64,000 nucleotides of DNA from Atribacterota bacterium (GTDB taxonomy: Bacteria > Atribacterota > Phoenicimicrobiia > Phoenicimicrobiales > Stramentimicrobiaceae), in assembly GCA_040767965.1 (NCBI GenBank), contig JAXGNR010000007.1:1-64000 (forward strand), written 5' to 3'. The notes under the pieces were generated by a model, which saw nothing but the letters and a program-made list of their open reading frames with translations, had not been told where the DNA came from and did no database searches. Both the position numbers and the translations under genes were made by a program. How positions within the stretch are numbered: position 1 is the stretch's first letter; every line of letters begins with the position of its first letter. Below, piece after piece: positions 29,410 through 40,155 of the stretch.

Positions 29410-30354
29410 TTATTTCTTAGCAGAGCTCCGAGAAAAATTGGAAAATTTACTCTTAAATAATCCAACTATTCCCGTAGGCATCTTAATAGCAATTATTACA
29501 ACTGCTAAACCATAAATTGCTATATAATAATTTTTCAGAAATCTTAGCCATTCCGGTAAAACCACCAATAAAGACGCTCCGATAACAGGTCCCCAGGTCG
29601 TGCCAGAACCTCCAAGAATTAACATACAAATTGTAGTAAATGATTGCTGACTTAAAAAATTATCAGGACTAATATACCCAACAAAATGAGCCAATGCACT
29701 TCCGGCAAGTGCAGCTACAAATGAGCTTAAGGCAAATGAAAGCACTTTGTAATATCTTGTATTGACCCCCATAGCTTCGGCAGCAAGTTCATTGTCCCGA
29801 ATTGCCTGAATAGCTCTTCCAACTCGTGAATTCTTTATTTTTTCAAACATATATAAAACAATTAAAAAGATAACCATTATTACATAATATTTACTTAAAT
29901 TTGAACTAAAAACCCATGGGCCGATACTAGGAGCAGGTATACCAGGCAAACCATCTGCACCTCTGGTTACCGGAATCCAGTTATTCAATACCAGGTTCAC
30001 AATCTGTCCAAAACCCAGAGTAGTAATAGCCAGATAAAAGCCTTTCAGCTTTAAACTTGGTATCCCCAGTAAAACTCCTATAATCAAACCAAAAATTCCT
30101 GCCCCAAGAACTGCTAATGGGAAAGGCACATTAAGGCGTATCACAAGCAAGGATGATACATAGGCTCCTATTCCCCAGAAAGCTGCATGGGCTAAAGAGA
30201 TTTGGCCACACAGCCCCATTAAAAAGTTTAAGCCAATTGCCAGTATTGAAAATATACCAGCCATGGTAAGAACATATCTATGATAAGGGCTTTGTATTAA
30301 AAGTGGTAATACTATTATCACAACTATAACTATAAGCCAGTGTTTTAAACGCAT
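29410..30354 (-). CDS. livM: ABC transporter permease (LivM-like)
   Basis: GQISLAHAAF, YLAITTLGF, AIRDNELAA, LPEWLR. Confidence 0.88.
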   Translation of the reverse strand: MRLKHWLIVIVVIIVLPLLIQSPYHRYVLTMAGIFSILAIGLNFLMGLCGQISLAHAAFWGIGAYVSSLLVIRLNVPFPLAVLGAGIFGLIIGVLLGIPSLKLKGFYLAITTLGFGQIVNLVLNNWIPVTRGADGLPGIPAPSIGPWVFSSNLSKYYVIMVIFLIVLYMFEKIKNSRVGRAIQAIRDNELAAEAMGVNTRYYKVLSFALSSFVAALAGSALAHFVGYISPDNFLSQQSFTTICMLILGGSGTTWGPVIGASLLVVLPEWLRFLKNYYIAIYGLAVVIIAIKMPTGIVGLFKSKFSNFSRSSAKK

Positions 30355-30380
30355 AATATAAACTCCTTCTTCCTTATTCT

Positions 30381-31265
30381 TTAAGCTTTCTCGCCAACTT
30401 CTCTAGTACCCATAAGTCCAAATGGTCTTATAACAAGAATTACAATAAGAAATATAAATGCCCATGCATCACGATATGAAGATGATATAAAAAATGCAGC
30501 ATAAATCTCTACTAATCCGACCAATAGACCACCCACTACTACTCCGTAAACCCTGGAGCCAAATCCACCTATAACTCCAGCAGCAACTGATTTCAGCATT
30601 ATATTAGACATTCCTGTTGATACAAAAAAGATAGGGCTACATAGGATACCAGCGAATGTTCCTAGAATAGTACTAACAGCAAAGGTAATTCTGATAGTAT
30701 TACGAACTCTAATTCCCATTAAGGTTGAGGTTTCCTTGTCCTGACCAACAGCTCTCATCATTAATCCTAATCTCGTTCTGGTAAGTAGCATATGAAGAAG
30801 GAAAAGGACAATCATGACTCCACCAATTATAACAAGATTTTGAGTATCAAGTATTATTGAACCTCTTCTAATCATTGCAGTTTTGATAAATCTGGGTACC
30901 ATGTATGGAAGTTTACCCCAAATAAACTGCACAAATTCTACCATGAAAATACTGGTGCCTATAGCAGCAATAAGAAAGAATCTTGGATTAGCAAATCTAA
31001 GAGGTTCATATACTAGAAAACCAAAAATTGCTCCAACTATTCCCATGACTATTATTGCAATCGTATAACCAATTACACTAGGAAAATTTATCATCGAGGT
31101 AAAGGTAACTCCAAAATAGGCACCTAACATAACTAATCCGCCTTGGGCAAAGTTTAAACCGCCCGTTGCGTTGTAAATTAAGTTAATACCTAATGCAACC
31201 AGGCCGTATATACAGCCCATTGCTAAGCCAGTAACGGTAAGTTGAACTAAGGTTCCTACATTCAC
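30381..31265 (-). CDS. livH: ABC transporter permease (LivH-like)
   Basis: YGLVALG, NFAQG, GLMMRAV, IGGFGS, RPFGL; GTG start. Confidence 0.88.
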   Translation of the reverse strand: MNVGTLVQLTVTGLAMGCIYGLVALGINLIYNATGGLNFAQGGLVMLGAYFGVTFTSMINFPSVIGYTIAIIVMGIVGAIFGFLVYEPLRFANPRFFLIAAIGTSIFMVEFVQFIWGKLPYMVPRFIKTAMIRRGSIILDTQNLVIIGGVMIVLFLLHMLLTRTRLGLMMRAVGQDKETSTLMGIRVRNTIRITFAVSTILGTFAGILCSPIFFVSTGMSNIMLKSVAAGVIGGFGSRVYGVVVGGLLVGLVEIYAAFFISSSYRDAWAFIFLIVILVIRPFGLMGTREVGEKA

Positions 31266-31357
31266 TTCTTTTTCGCCTCCTGTTATTTAAAAATATTATT
31301 AAAATTATACAGAATATATTATATATTAAATATAGTAAAATGAATACAAAAAAGTTG

Positions 31358-31412
31358 TTTTTTGAAGATAAGGAAATTCCTTATAAAATATTTATCCCTT
31401 ATCTTCAAAAAA
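31358..31412 (-). terminator. Hairpin after the substrate-binding protein gene
   Basis: TTTTTTGAAGATAAGG...CCTTATCTTCAAAAAA inverted repeat. Confidence 0.65.
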
Positions 31413-31425
31413 TTATGTTAATTGC

Positions 31426-32637
31426 TTAATTTTCCATAAGATCAATTTTGGTAATAATTTTATGGGCACCATTTTCAATCTGAACTATCGTCATGGAATG
31501 AGCAAGGTCATTTACTTCGTCACAAGTATATGTCTTGGCAGTTCCTTCAGAAAAGTTTTTAGTATCCTTTAAAGCAGTCCTAATGGCTTCACGGGCTTCT
31601 TCAAGAGGCATAATCATTTTTTTGCCATCTATTTCCTGAATTATACCAGCTCTTTTCATAGCATCAGCTAATATCATCATATCGTCATACATGAAAGTAT
31701 TTCCAAATCTATAATTATATCTTTCATTTAACATCTGGTCTATTTCTTGAACTACAGGAGAAGGATCGCTTGAAGAAATATCCATTATTGAATAAACACC
31801 TTCAGCATCATCACCTGCGATTTTAACGGTTACATCAAGGCTGCCGTAAGAGGTGCTACCAACAAAATCAACGTCTAAACCCAATTGTTTGACCTGTCTT
31901 AAGATAATACCATCATCATTAGTATTAGCACTCCAGGAGAAGATGCATTCAGCGCCAGTCTGCTGTATTGACAGTAGTTGAGCAGTGTAATCGAGTGTAT
32001 TTCTTTGGAATCTCTGAACTGTAAGGGGTTTGATATCATATTCTGCCAACGCAGCTACAGTTTCTTCATTTCCACCCTGACCGAATGCTTCATCGCTATA
32101 AAGAGCAGCAACTTTAGTATGTCCAAGATCTTCGGCTATAAATTGAGCCATAATTTTAGCAACATTTCTATCGTTGGTCCTCACACCGAACATCCATGGA
32201 TTACCAAGTTCTCTTACCGACCAGGCAGAACCACCATAAAGTGTAGGTATTTTTGCTTCTGCTACTAAAGGGTTAAGAGCATGGGCAATTGTACTTCGGG
32301 TTGTGATAAAAGCAGCATAAACTTCACGATCATAAGCTAAAATATTATATGCAGAAATTGAACCTGGATTAGTTCCTTGATTATCTTCGTAAACCATCCT
32401 TACCGGTATACCATCAATCCCACCATTATCATTTATTTTTTCAACAGCAAGCTCCCATTTTTTTAATTCCTGATCTCCCTGCAAAGCTGTCGGACCAGTT
32501 AATTCTAAAGTAGCTCCAATATCAATAAATTCAGGTGCTGGCTGCCAGTTTGATTGGGCAAATACCCCAAATGTATTCAATAAAGCAAAAAGTAAAACTA
32601 ACCCTACAATAGAACAATTTCTCAAAAAATTCTTCAT
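31426..32637 (-). CDS. ABC transporter substrate-binding protein (LivJ/LivK-type periplasmic binding fold); ligand unknown
   Basis: Signal peptide, LTGP, INDNGGIDG, DYTAQL; first gene of the liv-like operon. Confidence 0.85.
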   Translation of the reverse strand: MKNFLRNCSIVGLVLLFALLNTFGVFAQSNWQPAPEFIDIGATLELTGPTALQGDQELKKWELAVEKINDNGGIDGIPVRMVYEDNQGTNPGSISAYNILAYDREVYAAFITTRSTIAHALNPLVAEAKIPTLYGGSAWSVRELGNPWMFGVRTNDRNVAKIMAQFIAEDLGHTKVAALYSDEAFGQGGNEETVAALAEYDIKPLTVQRFQRNTLDYTAQLLSIQQTGAECIFSWSANTNDDGIILRQVKQLGLDVDFVGSTSYGSLDVTVKIAGDDAEGVYSIMDISSSDPSPVVQEIDQMLNERYNYRFGNTFMYDDMMILADAMKRAGIIQEIDGKKMIMPLEEAREAIRTALKDTKNFSEGTAKTYTCDEVNDLAHSMTIVQIENGAHKIITKIDLMEN

Positions 32638-33087
32638 TTACTATTTCTCCTTTTTTTCTATTACTACAAATGCGTAAAAATACTACAAATGTTACTGTAA
32701 ATAATCTTCTTAAAATTATAAAAACAACACAATTAACAAGACTTTTTTCTAGTTTCTTATTATTTTTTTAAACATTTAAATATTTCTGAACATCACCTCC
32801 TATTCTATAAGAATCAGGTGTAAATATTTTATGAATATTAGTTCATATTTTTATTTTAACACCTTTTTTAGGTAATTCATTTGGAAATATAAAGAAATAC
32901 TTCTTTGAATTTATGTTTGATAAGTATTGTTGTTTTCCGATTATTCTTTTAAGCAATTTATAAAGGTAGCCTCAATTAAGATATTGAAAAAATAAAGATA
33001 AAGTACTGTAAACTAAGAAAATAATTTTGGTCATTTAATTACCAAAGAACTTATCCGCAACATTTTATTATTTAGTAACATGTTTTT

Positions 33088-33116
33088 ATGATACAGATTT
33101 AAAAATATTATGTCAA
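33088..33116 (-). promoter_or_regulatory. Putative sigma70 promoter about 450 nt upstream of the ABC operon
   Basis: TTGACA-17 nt-TATCAT on the minus strand. Confidence 0.6.
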
Positions 33117-33213
33117 TCTTGTTTTTTTACTATTCAACCTGTTTTGTACCACTTAAAATACAAAAATATAAGCCAAAAATACTAAGAATTTATTTAAAAT
33201 TACCATGAAAAAA

Positions 33214-34320
33214 TCAAATATTTTCTTGCAGGATATCTGTTAATGCTTTTATGAAAATTTTATTTTGTGTTTCTGTTCCAATAGTGACCCTGATAAAGGT
33301 GTCTTTTCCCCAGACTTTTCCGGAGCGGACAATAATCCCTTTTTCGGCCAGCTTTTCACAGACCATATCAGCATCTTTTTGAGTATCAGCAAAAATAAAA
33401 TTTGTCTGAGTTTGATGATAAAAGAGGTTTAAGGCAGTAAGCTCCTTATATAAATAATCTTTTCCTTCTCTGTTATTTTGCAGTAATTGATCTCGATAAT
33501 CATTATCATTTATACATGCTCTTGCAGCTGTTTGTGCTAGTCTGTTCACTGAGTAAGGCTGTTGTACTTTTCTTAAGCAATTTACAAATTCAGGCTGTGC
33601 AATACCAAAACCAATCCGTAATCCGGCAATACCGCCAATTTTTGAGAAGGTACGCAAACTGACGATAGGGTTATTTTTTTCTTTAATCAAATTAATGCTA
33701 TTTGGAAAATCTTTGGATTCCACAAAATCAATATAGGCTTCATCCATAACAATTATAATCTTGTCTGATATATTCTCTAAAAATTTTTCCAACTCTTGTT
33801 GAGTAAAAATGGTTCCATCGGGATTATATGGATTACAGAGAAAAATCATTTTTGTTTTTGCATTTGTCTGCCGGGCTATTGTTGGCAAATCTAAAAAACC
33901 TTTTTTTAAAGGAATTTTTATTATTTTTGCTCCATACATGGTACTGGCAATTTCATAAGTCGAAAAACCATATTCACCTAATATAACCTCATCACCTGAA
34001 GAAATAAAACAACCAGTCAGCAAGTATAGTAGTTCATCTCCACCGTTTGTAACAATAACCATATCAGAACTGACTTTATATTTCTGTGCTATTTCTTTTC
34101 GTAACTCTAAACTGCCTCCATCCGGATATTGGTTTATAGTAGTGAGTTCTTTTTTTAAAGCATCTCGAACCTTGGAAGAAGGTTCTAAGACACTTTCATT
34201 AGTAGATAAATTAAACACTTCCAGAAGTTTATATTTTTTTTGCACATCTGCAATTGTTTGACCGGGAGCATATGGTTTTAGTGGTATAATTTCTTTTCTT
34301 ATTAACTTTTCTATAGACAT
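33214..34320 (-). CDS. hisC: Histidinol-phosphate aminotransferase
   Basis: YAPG, LSTNE, QYPD, DEAY, RTFSKIGGIAGLRIG; last gene of the his operon. Confidence 0.92.
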   Translation of the reverse strand: MSIEKLIRKEIIPLKPYAPGQTIADVQKKYKLLEVFNLSTNESVLEPSSKVRDALKKELTTINQYPDGGSLELRKEIAQKYKVSSDMVIVTNGGDELLYLLTGCFISSGDEVILGEYGFSTYEIASTMYGAKIIKIPLKKGFLDLPTIARQTNAKTKMIFLCNPYNPDGTIFTQQELEKFLENISDKIIIVMDEAYIDFVESKDFPNSINLIKEKNNPIVSLRTFSKIGGIAGLRIGFGIAQPEFVNCLRKVQQPYSVNRLAQTAARACINDNDYRDQLLQNNREGKDYLYKELTALNLFYHQTQTNFIFADTQKDADMVCEKLAEKGIIVRSGKVWGKDTFIRVTIGTETQNKIFIKALTDILQENI

Positions 34321-34343
34321 ATTTATCCTCTTAAGATTGAATA

Positions 34344-35012
34344 TTATTTTCTACGCCGTTTCAATTCTTCCAAAATGGCCTGATATGGGATATCATAATA
34401 TGATAATGCGACTAAAGTGTGAAACCACAAATCTGCTGTTTCATAGATTATCTGACTTTTATCATTATCTTTTAAGGCAATAATAACTTCCGCTGCTTCT
34501 TCTCCTATTTTTTTAGGCATCTTTTCGCCAGGACTGGACATTAAGCGACATACATAAGAGTCTTGGTTAGGATTTTTTTTACGATCATCAAATATTCTTG
34601 ATAATTCATCCAATATATTCTCCTGTTTATTATTATCTTTTTTCTTGTCCTTAAAAACAGAAGAGTTTTTAATTTCTTCACCGCTTAAATTTCGATAAAA
34701 ACAAGTATAATTACCGGTATGACAGGCAACTCCCTTTTGTTCTACCTTAATCAATAAAGTATCATTATCACAATCAATGAGAATTTGCTTTACTTTTTGA
34801 ATATTGCCAGAATTTTCTCCTTTTATCCAGAGCTTTTTCCTGCTCCGGCTATAAAAACAGGTTTGTTTGGTTTGTAAAGTTTTTTTTAATGACAATTCAT
34901 TCATATAAGCAAGCATAAGAACCTCTCCAGAAGATTCATCCTGAACAATTGCTGGGATTAAACCTTCTTGATTATATTTTAATTGATCTATTAAATCTTT
35001 TTTTCTATCCAT
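34344..35012 (-). CDS. hisIE: Bifunctional phosphoribosyl-AMP cyclohydrolase/phosphoribosyl-ATP pyrophosphatase
   Basis: [38 protein letters not shown]. Confidence 0.95.
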   Translation of the reverse strand: MDRKKDLIDQLKYNQEGLIPAIVQDESSGEVLMLAYMNELSLKKTLQTKQTCFYSRSRKKLWIKGENSGNIQKVKQILIDCDNDTLLIKVEQKGVACHTGNYTCFYRNLSGEEIKNSSVFKDKKKDNNKQENILDELSRIFDDRKKNPNQDSYVCRLMSSPGEKMPKKIGEEAAEVIIALKDNDKSQIIYETADLWFHTLVALSYYDIPYQAILEELKRRRK

Positions 35013-35014
35013 AG

Positions 35015-35779
35015 TTATTTCTCCATACGTACGGCAATACCTCTTTTTTTAAGATATTCCTTGACCTGTAAAATGGTGATTTCTTTACGGTGAAATAATG
35101 AGGCTGCCAGAGCAGCATCAGCCTTTCCTTCTACAAACACCTGATAAAAATGTTCTAAACTTCCTGCTCCCCCAGAGGCAATAATAGGGCATTTTGTATT
35201 TTCCACGACCAATCGGGTCAGCTCATTGTCATATCCTTTTTTGGTACCATCACAATCCATGCTGGTCAATAAAATCTCTCCCGCTCCCAATTTTTCTACT
35301 TCTTTAGCCCATTCAATTGCATCTTTGCCGGTAGCCGTTCTACCGCCATGGGTAACAACCTCCCAATGATTATTTTTTTTTACTGCATCAATAGCAACTA
35401 CAATAGTTGAACTTCCAAACTTTAAAGAAGCTTGCCTGATTATTGCTGGGTTTTGTACTGCTGCAGTATTGATAGAAATTTTATCTGCTCCAGCTCTTAG
35501 CAGTTGATAGATGTCATCAAGCTGGCGTACTCCGCCTCCTACGGTAAAAGGTATAAATATTTTTTCTGCAGTTTTACGCACAACATCAATTAATATATTT
35601 CTTTCTTCCCATGATGCCGTAATATCTAAAAAAACCAGCTCATCTGCTTTTTCCTGTTCATAATAAGCAGCTAATTCAACCGGGTCCCCTTCATCAGTTA
35701 AATTAACGAACCGTATTCCTTTTACCACTCGACCAGCTTTTACGTCCAAACAGGGAATAATCCTTTTGGCTAAAGACAT
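35015..35779 (-). CDS. hisF: Imidazole glycerol phosphate synthase cyclase subunit
   Basis: [37 protein letters not shown]. Confidence 0.97.
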   Translation of the reverse strand: MSLAKRIIPCLDVKAGRVVKGIRFVNLTDEGDPVELAAYYEQEKADELVFLDITASWEERNILIDVVRKTAEKIFIPFTVGGGVRQLDDIYQLLRAGADKISINTAAVQNPAIIRQASLKFGSSTIVVAIDAVKKNNHWEVVTHGGRTATGKDAIEWAKEVEKLGAGEILLTSMDCDGTKKGYDNELTRLVVENTKCPIIASGGAGSLEHFYQVFVEGKADAALAASLFHRKEITILQVKEYLKKRGIAVRMEK

Positions 35780-35781
35780 TA

Positions 35782-36522
35782 TCAAGCACCTTCCTTTTTT
35801 TGAAATATATTTATAGCTTCCTCCAGCACAATTTCATTTCTATAGAGCGCTTTACCTATTATTACTCCTTCTAGATTAGAAATACCCAGGCTCTGTAATT
35901 GAAACAAATCTTCCATAGAAGAGACTCCTCCAGAGGAAATAATTTTCATTTTGCTGGCTAAAGCGACTTTTTTAATCATATCAATATTAAGACCACTCAT
36001 CATTCCATCACGATGAATATCGGTATAAATTATTCTTTGCAGTCCCATCATATTAAGATTATGAATAAATTGCTCTACTGGTTTTTCAATCTTTTGAACC
36101 CAGCCATGAATTGCAATATTATCATTCTTTACATCAATCCCGGCAATTAAATGTTTTCCAAACTTTTTAAGCAGATATTCTATTTCTTTTTCTCCTTTTT
36201 CCAGCAAAGCTGACCCCAACACAATACGCTTTACTCCAATATCAAGATATTGTTCAATTGTTTTTTCTTGCCGGATCCCTCCTCCCACCTGGATTGGAAT
36301 AGATAACTCCCGGGCTATTTTTTTGATAATTTTAAAATGAACCGGTTTTCCCTGAAAGGCACCATCTAAATCTACTACATGTATCAATCCGGCACCTTTT
36401 TCTTCCCATTTTTTAGCAACAACCAATGGGTCATCGAAAAATACTTCTACATTCTCTATTTTCCCCTGTGATAAACGTACACATTTATTGTCTTTTATAT
36501 CAATTGCTGGAATTATAATCAA
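35782..36522 (-). CDS. hisA: ProFAR isomerase
   Basis: [32 protein letters not shown]; probable TTG start at 36522. Confidence 0.95.
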   Translation of the reverse strand: MIIIPAIDIKDNKCVRLSQGKIENVEVFFDDPLVVAKKWEEKGAGLIHVVDLDGAFQGKPVHFKIIKKIARELSIPIQVGGGIRQEKTIEQYLDIGVKRIVLGSALLEKGEKEIEYLLKKFGKHLIAGIDVKNDNIAIHGWVQKIEKPVEQFIHNLNMMGLQRIIYTDIHRDGMMSGLNIDMIKKVALASKMKIISSGGVSSMEDLFQLQSLGISNLEGVIIGKALYRNEIVLEEAINIFQKKEGA

Positions 36523-37168
36523 AACAAATCTCTCCAAAATTTTTTAATAGTTTTAAACCCTGTTTACTACTTTTTTCAGGGTGAAACTGAACACCAAATA
36601 TATTTTCTTTTGCAATAACAGATGTGAATTTTTGATGATATTCAGTCTTTGCCTTTACAATAGTACCAATTTCCGGAACACAGTAGTACGAGTGTACAAA
36701 ATAAAAGTAGCTGTTATCAGAGATTCCACGAAATATTAAATCATCGGTGGTATTAGTCGTATTTTCCCCTTCAAGAGTACAGTATTTTACCTGATTCCAT
36801 CCCAAGTGAGGAACTCTTAATGTCTGCGGAAAACGGGTTACCCGACCTGGTATAATCCCTAATCCCTGATAAAGACCATGTTCTTCACCATATTCAAATA
36901 AAAGCTGCATTCCAAGACATATCCCTAAAAAAGGTTTTCCTTCTTTAATTATTTCCTTTAATAATAAATCTAATTTTTTCTTTCTCAATACCTCTATCCC
37001 ATCCTGGAAAGCTCCAACTCCTGGCAGGATAACACCTATAGATTCTCTTATCTCATCCAAATCTGCACTTATTTTTACTGAAAAACCTAAATGATTTAAA
37101 GCATGCAATACACTTTTTGTATTACCTAAATAATAATCAATTATTATAATTTTTTTATCTTTTTTCAT
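36500..37168 (-). CDS. hisH: Imidazole glycerol phosphate synthase glutaminase subunit
   Basis: LPGVGAF, GICLGMQ, PHLGWN, YFVHSY, QFHPEKS. Confidence 0.96.
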   Translation of the reverse strand: MKKDKKIIIIDYYLGNTKSVLHALNHLGFSVKISADLDEIRESIGVILPGVGAFQDGIEVLRKKKLDLLLKEIIKEGKPFLGICLGMQLLFEYGEEHGLYQGLGIIPGRVTRFPQTLRVPHLGWNQVKYCTLEGENTTNTTDDLIFRGISDNSYFYFVHSYYCVPEIGTIVKAKTEYHQKFTSVIAKENIFGVQFHPEKSSKQGLKLLKNFGEICFDYNSSN

Positions 37169-37169
37169 A

Positions 37170-37772
37170 TTATGCCAGCATACCTTTAGAAGAAGGGATT
37201 CCCCCTTCTAATCTTCTTTCTTCTCTAACAGCCTGGTCTAAAGCCCTGGCAAATCCTTTAAAAATGGCTTCTAGAATATGATGGGTATTTTCTCCTGAGA
37301 GTAAATCAATATGCAAAGTAATCCCACTTTCATAAGCAAGTGCAAGGAAAAATTCTTGCCAAACTTCTCCATCGATATTACCAATTCTGTTAATTTTTTC
37401 TTTTGGTATTCTATAAAAAAGTCTTCCCCTGCCACTGATGTCAAGGGAAATTCTAACCAGGGATTCATCCATTGGCAATAGGAAATATCCATATCTCTTG
37501 ATCCCTTTTTTATTTCCCAGAGCTTCCCTAATAGCCCTTCCCAGGCATATTCCAAGATCTTCCAGAGAATGATGAGCATCAATTTCCAGATCTCCTTGTA
37601 AACTGACTTCCAAATCGAAAAAGCCGTGTTTGCAGAACAAGGTTAACATATGATTTAAGAAGGGGATTTCACTTTTGATTTTATCTTTTCCATTCCCATC
37701 CAGGTTTATTTTAACCATAATTTCCGTTTCCGTAGTTTTTCTTTTAATAATGGCAATTCTTTCTTTAAACAT
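37170..37772 (-). CDS. hisB: Imidazoleglycerol-phosphate dehydratase (monofunctional)
   Basis: RKTTETEI, HML, DAHHSLED, PMDE, NTHHILEAIFK, PSSKG. Confidence 0.96.
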   Translation of the reverse strand: MFKERIAIIKRKTTETEIMVKINLDGNGKDKIKSEIPFLNHMLTLFCKHGFFDLEVSLQGDLEIDAHHSLEDLGICLGRAIREALGNKKGIKRYGYFLLPMDESLVRISLDISGRGRLFYRIPKEKINRIGNIDGEVWQEFFLALAYESGITLHIDLLSGENTHHILEAIFKGFARALDQAVREERRLEGGIPSSKGMLA

Positions 37773-37824
37773 TATTCACACCCCCATGCTTACTGGTTTA
37801 TTATCCAATTTTCCCGGCTTAGCA

Positions 37825-38814
37825 TTATATAAATTCTATTATTTTATTAACATTTCCTGCTATTATATCAACATTTTTTTTCATAAATATTTTCTTCTTT
37901 TCCGTAAAAGATTCTAAGGTGCTATCTCCAATTACAATTGCTGATAAAAATTTTTGTTTTTTTAAAAAACTATTTAAATTTATTACTGTTAACAGGTCAT
38001 CCATGGTATCTCCAATAAAAAGACCGGTTTTTGTTGCAAATTTATCAACGAAATATTTTAATCCTTCAGGAGAAGGCTTGTTCATACCATCATCAGAAGT
38101 TACCGTCATTGAAGGATCTAACCAGGAATCCCATCCTATCTTTTTTATAATATAATTTGCCTCAGTTCGGTTGCGTCCGGATAATATTCCTATTTTATAA
38201 TTTACTAGTTTGTTTTTTGCACTTGAAGCAATTATTATTTTTTCTTTTGCAATATTGCCACTTTTTTTAAAGGCAATGCTTGGTTGAAATCCATATAATT
38301 CAAAGCAATCTGCTTCTCCTGCATAATATTCTCTGGCAATTTGGAATATCTTCTCTTTATCCCATTTTTGAAGAATTCCTGCATAATTCTGTGTATTGTT
38401 TCTTAGCCAATCAAGCATGCTGGTAATTCCTCTACCATCAGCTAAATTATCTCTTGCAAAATTATTTATATAAGGTTTTTTTTCTATCAAATCTTTCGCA
38501 TTTTTCAGCTTATATTTTTCCATTTTCCATAAGTAGAATAAAATAATCGTTGCAGTTAGCTCCCAATCATCATTAAAACCACCAATCAGTTTAAAAGATG
38601 CTACAGTTTCTTTATTAACAATTTTTTCTTCCGCGGGGATATTTAATATTCTTTGAAAATAGTGCTGAACAGTTTCTATTATTGTTTGATGAAAAGATTG
38701 AGAAACATCCACCAGCACACCATCTACATCAAAAATAATTGTATCTATTTCTGAAACCAAAGAACAGATTTCTTCTCTGATAAGTAATTTTTCTTTTTGT
38801 ATATAATTTTCCAT
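37825..38814 (-). CDS. HAD-superfamily hydrolase, candidate histidinol-phosphate phosphatase
   Basis: FDVDGVL (motif I), GGFNDDW, SGR, KPSP, IGDTMDD; located inside the his operon. Confidence 0.75.
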   Translation of the reverse strand: MENYIQKEKLLIREEICSLVSEIDTIIFDVDGVLVDVSQSFHQTIIETVQHYFQRILNIPAEEKIVNKETVASFKLIGGFNDDWELTATIILFYLWKMEKYKLKNAKDLIEKKPYINNFARDNLADGRGITSMLDWLRNNTQNYAGILQKWDKEKIFQIAREYYAGEADCFELYGFQPSIAFKKSGNIAKEKIIIASSAKNKLVNYKIGILSGRNRTEANYIIKKIGWDSWLDPSMTVTSDDGMNKPSPEGLKYFVDKFATKTGLFIGDTMDDLLTVINLNSFLKKQKFLSAIVIGDSTLESFTEKKKIFMKKNVDIIAGNVNKIIEFI

Positions 38815-38855
38815 TTAATGCCTTTTCGTTTCTGATTAATTCTGATTAATAATGA

Positions 38856-40154
38856 TTATTTTCTTATTCTGGCAGCATATGCATGAGCAGACAAACCCTC
38901 AAGTTCGGCAAAAAGAGCAATTTTCTCTTTTTCCTGAATAAATCTGTCTTTACAGCAATAAAGAAGGCTACTTCTTTTTAAAAAATCCTGTACTGATAAT
39001 ACTGAGAACTGACGGGCTCCTCCCATGGTTGGTAAAATATGATTAGGGCCTGCCCAGTAATCTCCCAAAGATTCGGGACAATATGAGCCTAAAAAAATAG
39101 CTCCAAAATTTTTTATCTCCCCTAAATAAGACCATGGATCTTTTAATTGTAATTCTAAATGCTCAGGAGCAATTTCATTAATTAAGTCTATTACAAGTTT
39201 TCTATTTTTTGCTACAAATATTTTACCATTCTTTTTTAGTGAATCAGAAATAATATTACTTCTATTAAAATTCACTATCTGTTCATCAGCTATTCTGGAT
39301 ACTGTTTGCGCTAGCTGTTCAGATGTAGTAACAAGAATTGCTCTTGCCTCCTGGTCATGTTCAGCCTGGGAAAATAAATCGGCTACTATATAATCGGGAT
39401 TGGCTTCTTCGTCTGCCCAAATTAATATTTCACTTGGACCAGCCAGCATATCTATGTCAACTTGTCCAAAGACCAGTTTTTTGGCAATAGTTACATAAAT
39501 ATTTCCAGGACCAACAATTTTATCTACCGGGCTAATAGACTTGGTACCATAAGCAAGAGCAGCAATAGCCTGTGCACCTCCAATTTTATAGACACTGGAA
39601 ATCCCCAAGGCACGTGCTGTCATTAACAAGTAAGGAGATATCTGAGGTCTTTTCCCAACAGGAGTGACTACACTTATTTCTTTAACCCCAGCTACAATTG
39701 CAGGAACTGCCCCCATGATAAGCGAAGAAGGGTATTCTGCTTTTCCTCCAGGCACATAAACTCCAACTTTTTCCAATGGACGAATTATCTGCCCTAAAAT
39801 AATACCTTCTTCCTGGGGTGAAATCCATGATTTTTCCAGTTGTGCCTGGTGGTATTTTTTTATCTTGTCTATTGCTTCTTCAATAATAAGAAAAAGATTT
39901 TTGTCGATCTGCTTTTCAGCTTGCTTAAATTCATCTTCTGTCACAGCCAATTGATTTATCTGTAGTTTGTTTTTATCCAGGAGTCTGGTAATTTCAACAA
40001 GCCCTTTGTCACCCTCAGTTTTAATTTTTTCAATAATTTCTTTTACTTTTTTTTCTATCTCCGGTAAAAAAAAGGAATGATTTTTATTTTTGATTTCATT
40101 TAAAATATTTAGTTTATTATCATTGTTATAGTCAATTATTTTTAACAATTCCAT
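38856..40154 (-). CDS. hisD: Histidinol dehydrogenase
   Basis: YVPGG, GGAQAIAALAYG, GPGNIYV, AGPSE, QAEHD, APEHLE, GPNHILPT; start at 40154. Confidence 0.96.
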   Translation of the reverse strand: MELLKIIDYNNDNKLNILNEIKNKNHSFFLPEIEKKVKEIIEKIKTEGDKGLVEITRLLDKNKLQINQLAVTEDEFKQAEKQIDKNLFLIIEEAIDKIKKYHQAQLEKSWISPQEEGIILGQIIRPLEKVGVYVPGGKAEYPSSLIMGAVPAIVAGVKEISVVTPVGKRPQISPYLLMTARALGISSVYKIGGAQAIAALAYGTKSISPVDKIVGPGNIYVTIAKKLVFGQVDIDMLAGPSEILIWADEEANPDYIVADLFSQAEHDQEARAILVTTSEQLAQTVSRIADEQIVNFNRSNIISDSLKKNGKIFVAKNRKLVIDLINEIAPEHLELQLKDPWSYLGEIKNFGAIFLGSYCPESLGDYWAGPNHILPTMGGARQFSVLSVQDFLKRSSLLYCCKDRFIQEKEKIALFAELEGLSAHAYAARIRK

Positions 40155-40155
40155 T

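Noticed and set aside
38831-38850. Tandem repeat TCTGATTAAT x2 between hisD and the HAD gene
   Set aside because: Only two copies of an AT-rich 10-mer; no array or spacer structure
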